In this document: positions 53,270 through 64,000 of the stretch, piece by piece
How positions within the stretch are numbered: position 1 is the stretch's first letter
How the letters are laid out: each line of letters starts with the position of its first letter
Assembly: GCA_013239625.1 (NCBI GenBank)
Contig: MU053652.1
Location: 6,811,902 to 6,875,901, forward strand
DNA from: Lama guanicoe
Lineage: Eukaryota
Direction: 5' to 3'
Length of the DNA: 64,000 bases
Program-made: the position numbers and the translations under genes
The notes under the pieces: generated by a model
What the model saw: the letters and a program-made list of their open reading frames with translations, nothing else
Told to the model about the DNA's origin: nothing
The model's database searches: none

Positions 53270-53680
53270 AATAAGATTTAGCCAAGATCCAAGTTCAAAG
53301 ACGTTTATCACAGCAAATCTGGAAAATACACAAACTGCTAAATTAAATTTTCATTAAGTAGTACACAGGAAAATTATGTGTTTGATAAGGAACAATCTTC
53401 AAATTATATTAAGTGGAAAAAAGATATATATAAAACTATATATAATATAACTAATTTTGCATAAATTAAAATAATACATATCAATATATAAATATATACA
53501 TAAATGTTAGAATATATGTATTAATTCTGGAATTAAACATACAACTCTTAATAGTGGTTGCATTTGAGTACAGGAAATAAAGATTAAGAAAAGGAAGATT
53601 TGCTAATAATTTTATAACTTTTCTTACCTTGGATTTTTAAAATCATGTACCTATATTAATTTTTAAAAAATGTAAATGGA
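53270..53680 (+). mobile_element. Old L1ME-like 3' UTR
   Basis: aagacgtttatcacagca; tattaagtggaaaaaa; ttaatagtggttgcatttgag. Confidence 0.55.
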
Positions 53681-56600
53681 GATTATCCTTTGGTACAATT
53701 GTGAGCCATTTTAATATTTTTTACAATTCTAATTACTGAAATTACTCATGAATATTGTATTTCAAAATGTTTATGAAGCTGAAGGTGGTACAGAACTGTG
53801 AGTGGTAATATACCTCATTTCAGTAAGATAGTAGCTTCTTAAAGAGAAGGATCAAGGTTTCTTTTCTTTTCTCCTTTACAGTAATAGCACACAATATAAG
53901 TTCTGCCCAAGTTGATTTGTTATAGAACGAGCAACATGGCTTGAGGACATGTTAATTGCCAAATTCTTTCCTCTTCTATCTTAGAAAAACGGCTAGCCTT
54001 ACTTGAAAATACACAATTCTTCCATAAAATCATCTAAAAATTACAAAATTGAAAACAAAATAATCATTTGCTCTATTTTATGGTCAACTTCACATAGAAG
54101 AATGAACTTAACAGTAACTGGAATTGTATGATTTTTGTAAAATGCCAAAGACTCCTCCTTTTAATTGTCTTCCAGTGAATGAATTTCTTAGGCTTTAGGA
54201 GAAATTGCAGGGTTCATCCAACCTTGAACACTCAGTAGATTTTTATTTCCTTTTAAAGAAAGCATGGGTATGCTGCTTAAATAGCTGGTAGTCACACATG
54301 AATATGGGGAACATAACTTCAGTGGCAAACTCACATTCTGCTATATTGCTACATCTGTAGTCAATGAATAATGTAAATGAATGTTTCAAAATTTTCTACA
54401 CAGCACATGCATTTTTATTCTTACTCTTTTATTTGTGAATATTTATGCTGGTTTGTGATTTTGTATAATTGCAAGTGCAAATGAAAGGTTCTTAGAATAT
54501 GGTTATAAAACATACCTTGGTAACATTTTAGGGGATCCTCCAATATTATAGTTCTTTATGTATCCAAAGCCTTTGTTAAAGTTCAGTTTTTCTCTAAGAG
54601 TTGCTGATTTCTAACTTAATAGAAATCTGGATCAATGGGATTTATTTTTACTATGTACTTCTATACAGAATAATACATTAAATTAATGTTTGTGCAATAA
54701 ATACCACTTAAAATACGATCAGGTTCATCCCACTGCATTCAGAGAATAGTGAAAAATACTGGATTTAAAATTATCCCAAGGATGATATCAGGTATCACTC
54801 TCGACGGCTTGATCAGAATTATGTTAATTCAATGATGATTCTTACAAACAATAAAAATTATTATATTTAGATTCATCTTCCCCCAAACCCAACTGTTATA
54901 TATTTGAAGGCAGTATACTTTATATGTCTTCTTTAAAATAAAATTTATAGTTTATTAAAATACAGATTGACTAATAATTTCGCAAGGTATTTTCACATGC
55001 CAATGGGTATGCATGGGTTTCTTTTTGCTCAGAAAACGTATACTGGTTCAATTATTTACATTCATTGCTGTTCCACGCCCCCTTCTTTTATTATTCCCAG
55101 AGACATGAAGCCAAGAGAATATAAACATCTGCCTGAAGCTAATACACTGAGATTTTCTCTACAGAAAAGATTTCCTGAAAATTGGGAACAAAGAGAATAA
55201 AAAGAGAAGAGAATCTAAATATGAAACAATATTGACTTCACTTCTTAATTTCCAGGAAGCCTGTCCTAATGTCTTTTTGATTATGGGTCAGTATCCGCCA
55301 GTATTTCCTTTTGTAGCTAATATATCAATACTAAATAATATTTTTACATTGTGAATGCATTCATTTTTTAATTCAATGGCTAAAGAGAAAATGTTATTTG
55401 CTGTTCATATGCCAATACGTATTATCAGAATTATCAAAGGGGGAAAAACCCACAGTGGTAATGATATTCTTTAAAAGTTCTAATTTAATATTTCCCTGAG
55501 CTTTGCAACTTATTTACTATCTCTTCTGCTTTCTATCACATTTTCTACAGATAAAAGTTATGAATCTCAAATAGGGCCTTAATATCTATTAGTGTATTTC
55601 TGCAGAGATAAACCAATTTCTTAAGGATACAAAATGAATTTAACATGCTCTGATTACAGAAAAAGCTGTAGAAAATATAATCTTTTTCAAATGTAGCTTT
55701 TAAGCAGAAAATTAATGATAAAAATAATAATCATCACAAAGAAGGCTATGTGTTTTACTATTTAAAATTATTATTTTACAAATAATATATATTGTAAACA
55801 ATTATCTAGTAGTCGAACTTCCAGCAAGGATAGTGATTGTAATTTGCTAACAAGGATAACTTAAGTTTAAATACAAGGAAAGTTCATAACTTTGAGTATA
55901 TGCAAAATAGAACAAAATTGTGGTTTGCAAATACTTAATGGGAATACTTACCAAGAATAAAATAACAAGAACCACAGAATAATAAAGCAATGTGATACTT
56001 ATTTGAAAAAATAGAAGTATTTTGACAAGTCAGAAATTAAATGAACAAATGGTGACAGACATCACATAATAACACACATTCATTCTATATGATGGAACAC
56101 AAGCTAATTTAATTTTTTCATGTCAGAAGGTGTGCAATAATTGTTTTTGAGATTTAAGATAAATGAACAAGTTTGTCAGATACAAGTGATACAATGCTAG
56201 CATAAGAAATAGGCTATAAAAGCTTATATAACTACAGAATTTAATGCAATATTTAACCCTTTCTTAGGCTTATAAGATAATATTTAAATGTCAAGAACCA
56301 TGATCTAGTTCATGTTGGGGGCAAAATTTGTTAAAGATCATTCTGAAAATCTATAGATTACAAAGAATGGTTTTTTAAAAAGTAATAAATGAATTAGTTC
56401 AGTCTACATAAAATAGTATACATGGGAGACATGCAATTAATAACAAATCCTTAGATCTATCCAGCTAAAAAAACTGCTGAATAGATTTATTTCTTAAGCC
56501 TGTTTTCCATCTAGGTGAATTTTTCCTCTAGATTCCTATTGATTTTCCCACTGCTTCCAAGGGTCATTTTACTACATGAAGAAAATGTTATCATCATGTC

Positions 56601-56999
56601 AAAAAAAATAGTTATAAGGCAATGCATTTATTTAAATTGTTAGGGAATGGTAAATTATAAATACATAATTTATTTTGTAAAATGATATTTGATAATATAT
56701 TTATCTCATAGCGATAATATTGACTTTAGTTTATGTATAACATGACAGATGAAGAAAAATAACCATTAAGGTTCTACAAATATATAACTTGCATACCTGA
56801 AAATAGAAACTTGTTTCCCTTAATAAAAAGAAAATAAAGGTGATGTGAATGAATTGACCACAGCAAGGTTAAGGCCATTTAAAATGGTTCTTCCTTTACA
56901 TTTTAAAACAATATGTAAATAGGAAAAATTTATTTGTAAAAATTATTTTATCCTGTTATATATTAAAAATAGGGATGATTCCAAATGAAAAGATTTGGA

Positions 57000-57690
57000 A
57001 TATTTTTTTTTTTTGGTCATTAGAGAATTTAAACTAAAACAACAGTTAGATACCATTAAGAGCCCACTACAGATCCAGAAGTTTTAAAAAAAATCAAAAG
57101 ATGTGAAGCTGCAGGAATTCTTGAACATTGCTGGTGGGAGTACAAACTGGCACAAACACTTCGTAAAACTCTTTGGCTTTACCTAACTATAGTTTAATAG
57201 CTTTATAAGCTGTGGATTGACAAAAGTGCCCCTATATTGCATACCCAACAGAAATGCATGCCTATATTCAACAAAGACATGTATTCTATGGTTATAGAGC
57301 AATATTCAAACATCCGCAAACTGGGAGCAACTTGAGTGTTTATGAACCATAGAATGGGTAAATAAATTTTAGTATAGCAAAACAATGGATAAAGTAAAGC
57401 AACCAGATTGAAATAACAACTACATACGAAACTTTCACAAATCTTATGCCTATATGAACAAAATTTCCCACGCATAAAATAGTAATAATGTATAATTCAT
57501 TTCAATTAAGTTTAAAAGCAAGTGAAACATTTTTATTATGGGGAAAGTTGTTACCCCTTGGTGGGGAAATAATGCCTGGAAATGGATACAAAGATGGTTT
57601 CTTGGTATTGACTCGTGTGCTCGGTTATACTTAAAATATATATTACTCATACGTTACACTTCATTTTTTTTAATTTTAATTGGAAAAAAC
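57000..57690 (+). mobile_element. Old L1ME-like ORF2 end/3' UTR
   Basis: acattgctggtgggagtacaaactggcacaaacactt; atacccaacagaaatgcatg; aaagacatgt; tagaatgggtaaataaattttagtata. Confidence 0.8.
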
Positions 57691-60600
57691 ACAATAATGC
57701 GTCAAATGATCAGAAGTGAAAAAATAAAGTGTTGCCCTCATTTCCTAGTCATTTAAATAGTCACGATTTAAAACTGACATGACCAACCTATTAGTACCAA
57801 AAGGCAGGTATACCTACAAGCTCATTTATCAACTACAGTGGGTATTTTTGCAATGTATTTACCAGGTGTCCAGCCCAAAAGACTGCTACTCTGGTGTCTC
57901 CTAAGTACTCATCAGTATTAGCCCCAAGGAACACCAGTTGGAGACCTGGGGTTTGCTTTCATTGTCAATAATTATGAGCCTCCACAAGCAAGTCCATCCT
58001 CAGGGAAGATTTCCTGAACTAGATTAAGGTAAACCTCCCATTCTATCATGATTACAGAATTGCTTCCCCTTCTGCTAACACTTATAAACTATTTTCAGTT
58101 AAAATGATAAGGGTTTTGGGAAAAAAATAAAGTGTTAAGTTTAGAAATCAGGGAAAATACCAATTCTGTTAAATGCATGTAATGTACCATTAAAAAGTTA
58201 GTTCAATTTCAAAGTTTATTTGCATTTCAGTGCCCTGGACCACTTCTTGAGTATATGGAAACTGAATCTCTTGATTCAAAATAGCTTTGCAAGTAAGTTT
58301 TTTCCTCAACATTTTTTTTAACAAAATAACTGTTTTTTCTCGCTAATTTAAAAAATTGTTTACAATATCTTAACATTGTAATTAATAGTTACATTAGCAG
58401 CTAATGGAATTTGGTAACTGATAACTATATGCTTATATGTTTATAGTGATTTGCTATCTGAATCTAGGAGTTTCCATCTATGTTGACTTGAGTACTTTCT
58501 CACAAAGGACCCAAGACTATGAGAATTTCGATTTCCAGACAAGCCAAGAATCACCTGTATTACATTCCAATAAGTGAAAAGAAAGTTATATAGGGAAAAA
58601 AATATTTCTATAATTTCAACAGACATTGTGATTTTGTTATTGCACTGTTAGTAGTGCACAATAAACAATTTACCACAAACATTTTGAGCTCCCATTGAAC
58701 TTAGAATTATTTCAATAAGTGTTTTGAATATTAAACTTAACAAAATAAATCTTTTTTCATGTTACCTCTTTATAAACACTATAGTTACACTGACTAGAGT
58801 TTCAGATATTTCTAATAGCTTATCATCTCATCACTTTATACATTTGTTGTTGTTATTAAATAGTAAGAAAACACAGGGAAACTCAGAAATAAAAAAAAGA
58901 GATCATTGTGTTCTATTATTTATAGTTGTCTAACCAAAACAGTAGTAAATTTATGAGAAGTGAGAGGGGTGGGGAGGGGAGAGCTAAACATACTACAGGT
59001 AGATCTCTTGGGCCATGAGTTGGTAACTCTTTGCTATTAAAATCCAAATATATCTGTATCCCAAACTATCATTCTAAATATTTTCCATGAAGGAGAAGTA
59101 TTTGCCCATCAATGTGGAATAGAACAAATTTTGACCCACATGCCTAAACCATCTTGTAATCTTGTGTAAAATAAAAAGAACATTAGTGTGGCTTTAGAAA
59201 AACTTCCTTTCCTTTCTCTGTGTTTCAAGAGATAAGGGTCCTTATTCATCTGAATGGACAGGTCCTTGAGTCAGAGTCGTGGAACAGAACACATGCTACG
59301 GGCCCTCTCATGAGGACAAGATTCCTTAGAAATGCAGCAATCAGAGAATACTGCAAACAGCCTGGGAGCAAGAAGAGGAGCACACAGCAATGTTAGCACC
59401 CTGCAATTCAGCACATGGGCATACGTTTTGAAATCTTCTTCTGTTTTGGTGTCAGCTGGCTGGGAGAGCCGGATGGGCAACTTACTTAGTTTTTCTGAAA
59501 TTCAAGTCTATATAAAAAATGCTTCATTCTTTCTCTTATATAAAGGAATAAAGGCATTGTTTTTTGATCAGAGCATTGGAAGGCATGTTAGATAATAACT
59601 TTTGGAACACTGTATTTTACACAATTTTGGGGGTATATTCGGCAGTATATGAGAATATGAGAGTGTACGGTTGGAGACACTTTTAAGAATACTTTGTATC
59701 TTTGAAGCCAGGGTTCAAAAAAGCCAAATACCTTGTTTCAACATCATTCAAGGTCATTACACTAAGGAGCAACCAAAGGAGATGAGACAGAATGCTGTTT
59801 ACTTTTAGGACTATAGTTTGGTATACTTGCCAAAAAAATAATAAGTCTTCTAAGAACTGATCTCTGTCATCTTTATACAAATACCATATAAAATTTGCAA
59901 CTTGTTTTCTCTCTCACACTTAATCTTGATCTTCTCTCTCTTCTCTTATTTTCCAAGTTCAATATTGAGGCAAGTATTATCTAATATAATTTTTAGATGC
60001 AGTTTCCTGAGTAGTTTCTCTGACCCTAATACCTGAGACTTTTCATCTTTTTTTCTTTTTTTTTCTCACACAGAAGCAACATTTAGGACTATGACTGGCT
60101 TTGCAAAGATCAAAGAGAGTATATGCAAATCTATATTTTTATTGTTCTCATTCTGAAGCACGAAGAGCCTAAGGATACAAATAAGGGAAAGTTATGGCAA
60201 ATGAGAAGAAAATATCCAACACTACATGCAAACAAAATTTAATTTGCATTAATTGTGCATCTCTGGCTCAGAAGTTGTGAAATGTCATAGCTGCGGTCTC
60301 ATTTAAAGGGGACATTGAGCTTTAAAAAACACATAGGGCAATTGATGCTGGAGAACATTTGGTTTTATCTTTAAGCCTAATTATACTTTTACAGGATTTA
60401 AACTATTCTTTAATTATATTCTTTATTCAATATCTCATAAGAACTAATTGAGGCCAGGTATGGTAGAATTGACATTTATTTTCATTTTGTCACTATTATT
60501 ATTGCAATTACTATTATTTTCCTGAGGTAGGGTATTGGCTCGTCACATCCTTTTGAGGACATAGAGTTAAACAGCCAGCTAAATAGGAAGAGATCAAGTC

Positions 60601-61399
60601 TCACTTTAAGGGGTCTGATGAATTATAAATGATTACCCATGACAATGATTAGATTCGGGTTATCAGTTTTGGGAAATCCAATTAAATTAATGATAACGTT
60701 AATGTTCATAACACACATCTGAAGAAACACCTGTTCTGAAAATTTGACATTCCCACTTTGATATGGTTACTGTTTTGACAACTTTGCTCACTACAAGAAA
60801 AACGGGAATCTGGATTTGCTCAGCCAGAGTCTCGCAGATAAGAATCATAGCAACAAATTACTATAACAGAAACTGGACTGATCTAAGCATTTTACTTGAA
60901 ATGTGATTTCATTTTTAACAACTATTAAGATTTTCAGTACATAAATAAGGAATATGTGGCTCAAAAAGTTTAAATAATTTGCCAGCGCACATTCAGTTAA
61001 TAAATGCACCGTCCTGATTCAAACAAAACTAGTTATTTATTCATTCCTCCAAAATTGTGAACCAGTGCCACTGTTATCCATATTTTCCAGATGTGGATAT
61101 CTATGTTTAGAGAGTGAAGTAATTTGCTCAGGATTAACATGGAGAATCATCAATGACTGAACTCAAAATAACGTATCAAAATAGAAAACCAAAGAAATAA
61201 ACGTCGTCGAGCAAACACTGTCTCATGCACAGGAGAAAAATAGCAACACCCTTATTCCCCAATCCTCATGATAACTAGCCCAAAACCCAGGGATCAGTTA
61301 AGCAGAGATCAAAGTAAAAGGCTAAAATATATATGAAAGACCAATCTGTATGCGTCTTGTGCGGCAGTCCCTGGGTGAGCAGTTCAGATGAGCAAGGTA

Positions 61400-62560
61400 A
61401 CTCCCGGGACATCTCCATCCATCCCCTGGGGCCTTTAGGTGGGTCTCTTTCAGGAAGGACTGACAAGAGGCCACTTAGTCACATGCACCACAACTCCCAC
61501 CACTGCAGCTGTTCTGAGAACATCACGACTAACACCCACCACCTTCTTTCTCCACAAGTCAGTTAGATTTTCCTCACTCTCCACCAGCATCCCAGGCCCT
61601 CGCTGCTGAGGGGTCTGAGCCCTGGTCATTAGGCCATTACCATGCTGTGACTTCTCACTGTAATGTCCTTTTACTGTAAGAACTGAGCAAGAGAGTACCA
61701 AGTGAGGCCTCACTGGATCACCAGGTACCAAACATACATTTCTCCTTTGGCTAGCAGCAGCCCTACAGCATCCCGGTGATTATGTCAAATTTATTTCTTG
61801 CTTCTTATTCTCTGGGTTCACAATGAACTCAGTAAAAGGACAGACAGAGTTTGAAACGGAATGAGACTTTTTCTATGTCCTCTACTGAAAGCATTTTTCC
61901 TCTGGAAACCCTTTAAATCTGCAGAGTCCAGAGTAATACAAATTTACCCAAGTGAGTCCCTGGGAGTGACAGTAGGACGAGTCCCTCTTAGTCCTCTAAA
62001 TTCTCATATCCAAGTATCCTACCCCTGAGTCCATAGAACATGTAGGACAAATAAAACAATGATTGTTTATTTAGAGTATAAACTCATTATGGAGGATGAT
62101 ACTCCATCATGGCAGAGTTTCATCACCAAGTTGGTATCTCATGAGGCTATTTCATTATTCTATCCAGACTGGCATCTTCTGAGTGGGGCAGCACAGAATA
62201 AGCCTCATTGATTTCATGGTCATCTCTACCTGCTGCATCTCTTTTTATGTAGAGTAGGTCTCTTGGTCCAGTGTAATGTCAGGTAAGATCCCATGACAGT
62301 AGATCAACAACTTAGTAAGCTCTCAGATAACAGCACTGGCTAAGGCCCCATAGAGCAAAAAGACAAATCCATACCCACAATACATTTGATTTCACCGAAG
62401 ATAAATTCCTGAGGTGGATAATCTAATGTAGTCGAGTAGTTAACTGATGTCTTCAAGAGATGCTGACACATAAGGGGCCAGCTTTACACTCTGTCGCTAG
62501 CCTGCTAAATATTTTGTAACGGTAGTAAGTAAACCAACCCAGACTGAGTGAGAGCTTATG
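61400..62560 (-). mobile_element. ERVL/MaLR internal-region remnant
   Basis: GC-richer block with gctgaggggtctgagccctgg, ctggatcaccagg, tttcctctggaaacc...agagtccagag, resembling reverse-strand ERVL/MLT internal sequence. Confidence 0.55.
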
Positions 62561-62569
62561 GTTGTATCT

Positions 62570-63060
62570 TCTCACCATGCAAACCTACATGTGAATGTTT
62601 CAGCAGCTTTATTGGAAATTACAAATAAAAAAACAGAAACAGTCCAAACGTTCTCACCTGGGAAACGAATAACCAAACCCCACTGACACATCTATGCAGT
62701 AGAATACTGCTCAGTAATAAAAGGGAAAAAGCTATCAGTACACAAAGGAACATAGGCAAATCTCAGACTCATTATTCAAAGTGAAAGAATCCAAATTCAA
62801 AAGCTTATATACTATATGACTACATGTATATAGCACAATAAAGGCAAAACCACAAGGACAGAGAACATTGTAGCAGCTGACAAGGTTTAAGGGGGCAGGG
62901 AGGATGGTTTGGCTACAAAGGGACAGTACGAGGGAGTCTCTTTGGAATGATGGCACTCCTCCGCATCTTGATTATGGTGGAGGTACCATGACTCTATGAA
63001 TTTGTCAAAACATGTAATGTATGCCAAAAAGAGTTAATTTTACAATATTCAAGTTGGAAA
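62570..63060 (+). mobile_element. Old L1M 3' UTR
   Basis: tgaatgtttcagcagctttatt...gaatactgctcagtaataaaaggg...aaaggcaaaacc...tcttgattatggtggaggtaccatgactctatgaatttgtcaaaac. Confidence 0.85.
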
Positions 63061-64000
63061 TTTTGGGACATACAGTCCAATTCTTCTTTTTAGAGAGATA
63101 AACCCCTCAAATCATGAAACAGCTCATCCCCTTAATGCTGATGACTACACCTATTTAAATAAATAGAATTTTGAGCTATTAATAATATCAGCTTAGAGAA
63201 TGTAAACACTTAAATCTCTTTTCTATTCAGCATTTTTTAAATTGGTGGATCATCAGTGAATAAAGCAAACTACTCATGCTGCTCCGTAATGATCCTCTTT
63301 TAATTACTTCGACTATTTTCTACACGACACTATTTCCTAAAATCTAAAAGATCGCCAATATTTTTTGAACTGGAGACATAAAAAAGGAGAATTATCTTTA
63401 TAGCTCAGCTTTTGTTCCTTTATGTTCATGCTTTCTTCCCAGAATTCTCTTAATACCTAGCCAATCTTCTACTTCTAATTAACCAATTATCACTACTTGT
63501 TTTTAAGGTAACTTCATGTTCTGCTAAAACTGCTAAATGTCTTTATAGACTGTCACTCCTTCTATTTTTAAGCTTTTTTTTTCTTTTAATTCTTTGTAAA
63601 CTTTGAGGCAAGGACCAGGGACTATGTATGTTCCTCCCAAATCACTATCACGGGTCACAAAACTTGAACGCTGACGTCATTTCCTATCAGCTTCTGGGGT
63701 ATGATGATTAGAAAATTAATAGATATTAGAGACAAAATCAAGAAAGAGAAAAGATACTGGGAAGAGAACATCTGATAAATATTCAGCAGAGTTGTTTATT
63801 CCTGAACAAGCAAAGTCACTTAAGAGTCAGGAATTGATTTGACTTTCACTCCTGTTTTCTGAACTACTGATCTCTCCAAGGAATTTAATTTAAAAAGTCA
63901 TTTTAATTCTTATTTTTCTCTAACCAATGCCTGGGGAAAAGGTTCTGTTTTCAGATATTGGTTCCACCACACAAACTGCTTGTTTGTAAAATAAACATGT

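Larger units (their letters stand above)
13250..60850 (+). pseudogene. Candidate decayed multi-exon gene (unitary pseudogene), product unidentified
   Basis: Exon-like blocks bounded by pyrimidine tract+AG and GT donors: 13411-13554, 15685-15815, 16692-17085, ?-40563, 42343-42582, 43097-43249, 43419-43465, 49930-49983, 51952-52090, 54669-54791, 55101-55286, 58231-58292, 58447-58569, 59546-~59820, 60074-60118. Many are multiples of 3 and several junctions are phase-compatible, but most carry in-frame stops. Inference only; no homolog recognised. Confidence 0.5.

Noticed and set aside
59600..59630. HCILHNF as a Harbinger/HARBI1 transposase motif, and LLNFQEACPNV (55240-55275) as a hAT dimerisation motif
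   Set aside because: Matches are only a few residues long, with no flanking DDE or ERxFS motifs and no TIRs; insufficient to assign a family.
1..64000. Prokaryotic or viral systems (operons, defence islands, intact ERV genes)
   Set aside because: No long ORFs; the content is mammalian interspersed repeats and CpG-depleted unique DNA.

Overview
AT-rich, CpG-poor mammalian genomic DNA, most likely camelid (alpaca/llama/camel). The assignment rests on a Vic-1-like tRNA-Ala-derived SINE at 39858-39968 and two young cetartiodactyl-type L1 3' ends. I recognise no intact protein-coding gene, rRNA, CRISPR array or prokaryotic feature. A large fraction of the window is interspersed repeat: L1, L2, MIR, MaLR/ERVL LTRs, and one complete LTR-internal-LTR MLT1A-type element with a nested L1. 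There is a 957-N assembly gap. Two near-identical (~99.5%) direct duplications, 1.09 kb flanking the gap and 2.2 kb head-to-tail, look like two haplotypes assembled in series. The most interesting signal lies in the repeat-free islands from ~13 to ~61 kb. These hold clusters of + strand exon-like blocks with canonical splice sites, often multiple-of-3 lengths, several phase-compatible junctions and scattered stop codons. I infer a large decayed multi-exon gene (candidate unitary pseudogene) whose product I cannot identify; this needs a homology search. Repeat subfamily names come from recalled resemblance to consensus sequences, and boundaries are approximate unless a TSD is given.
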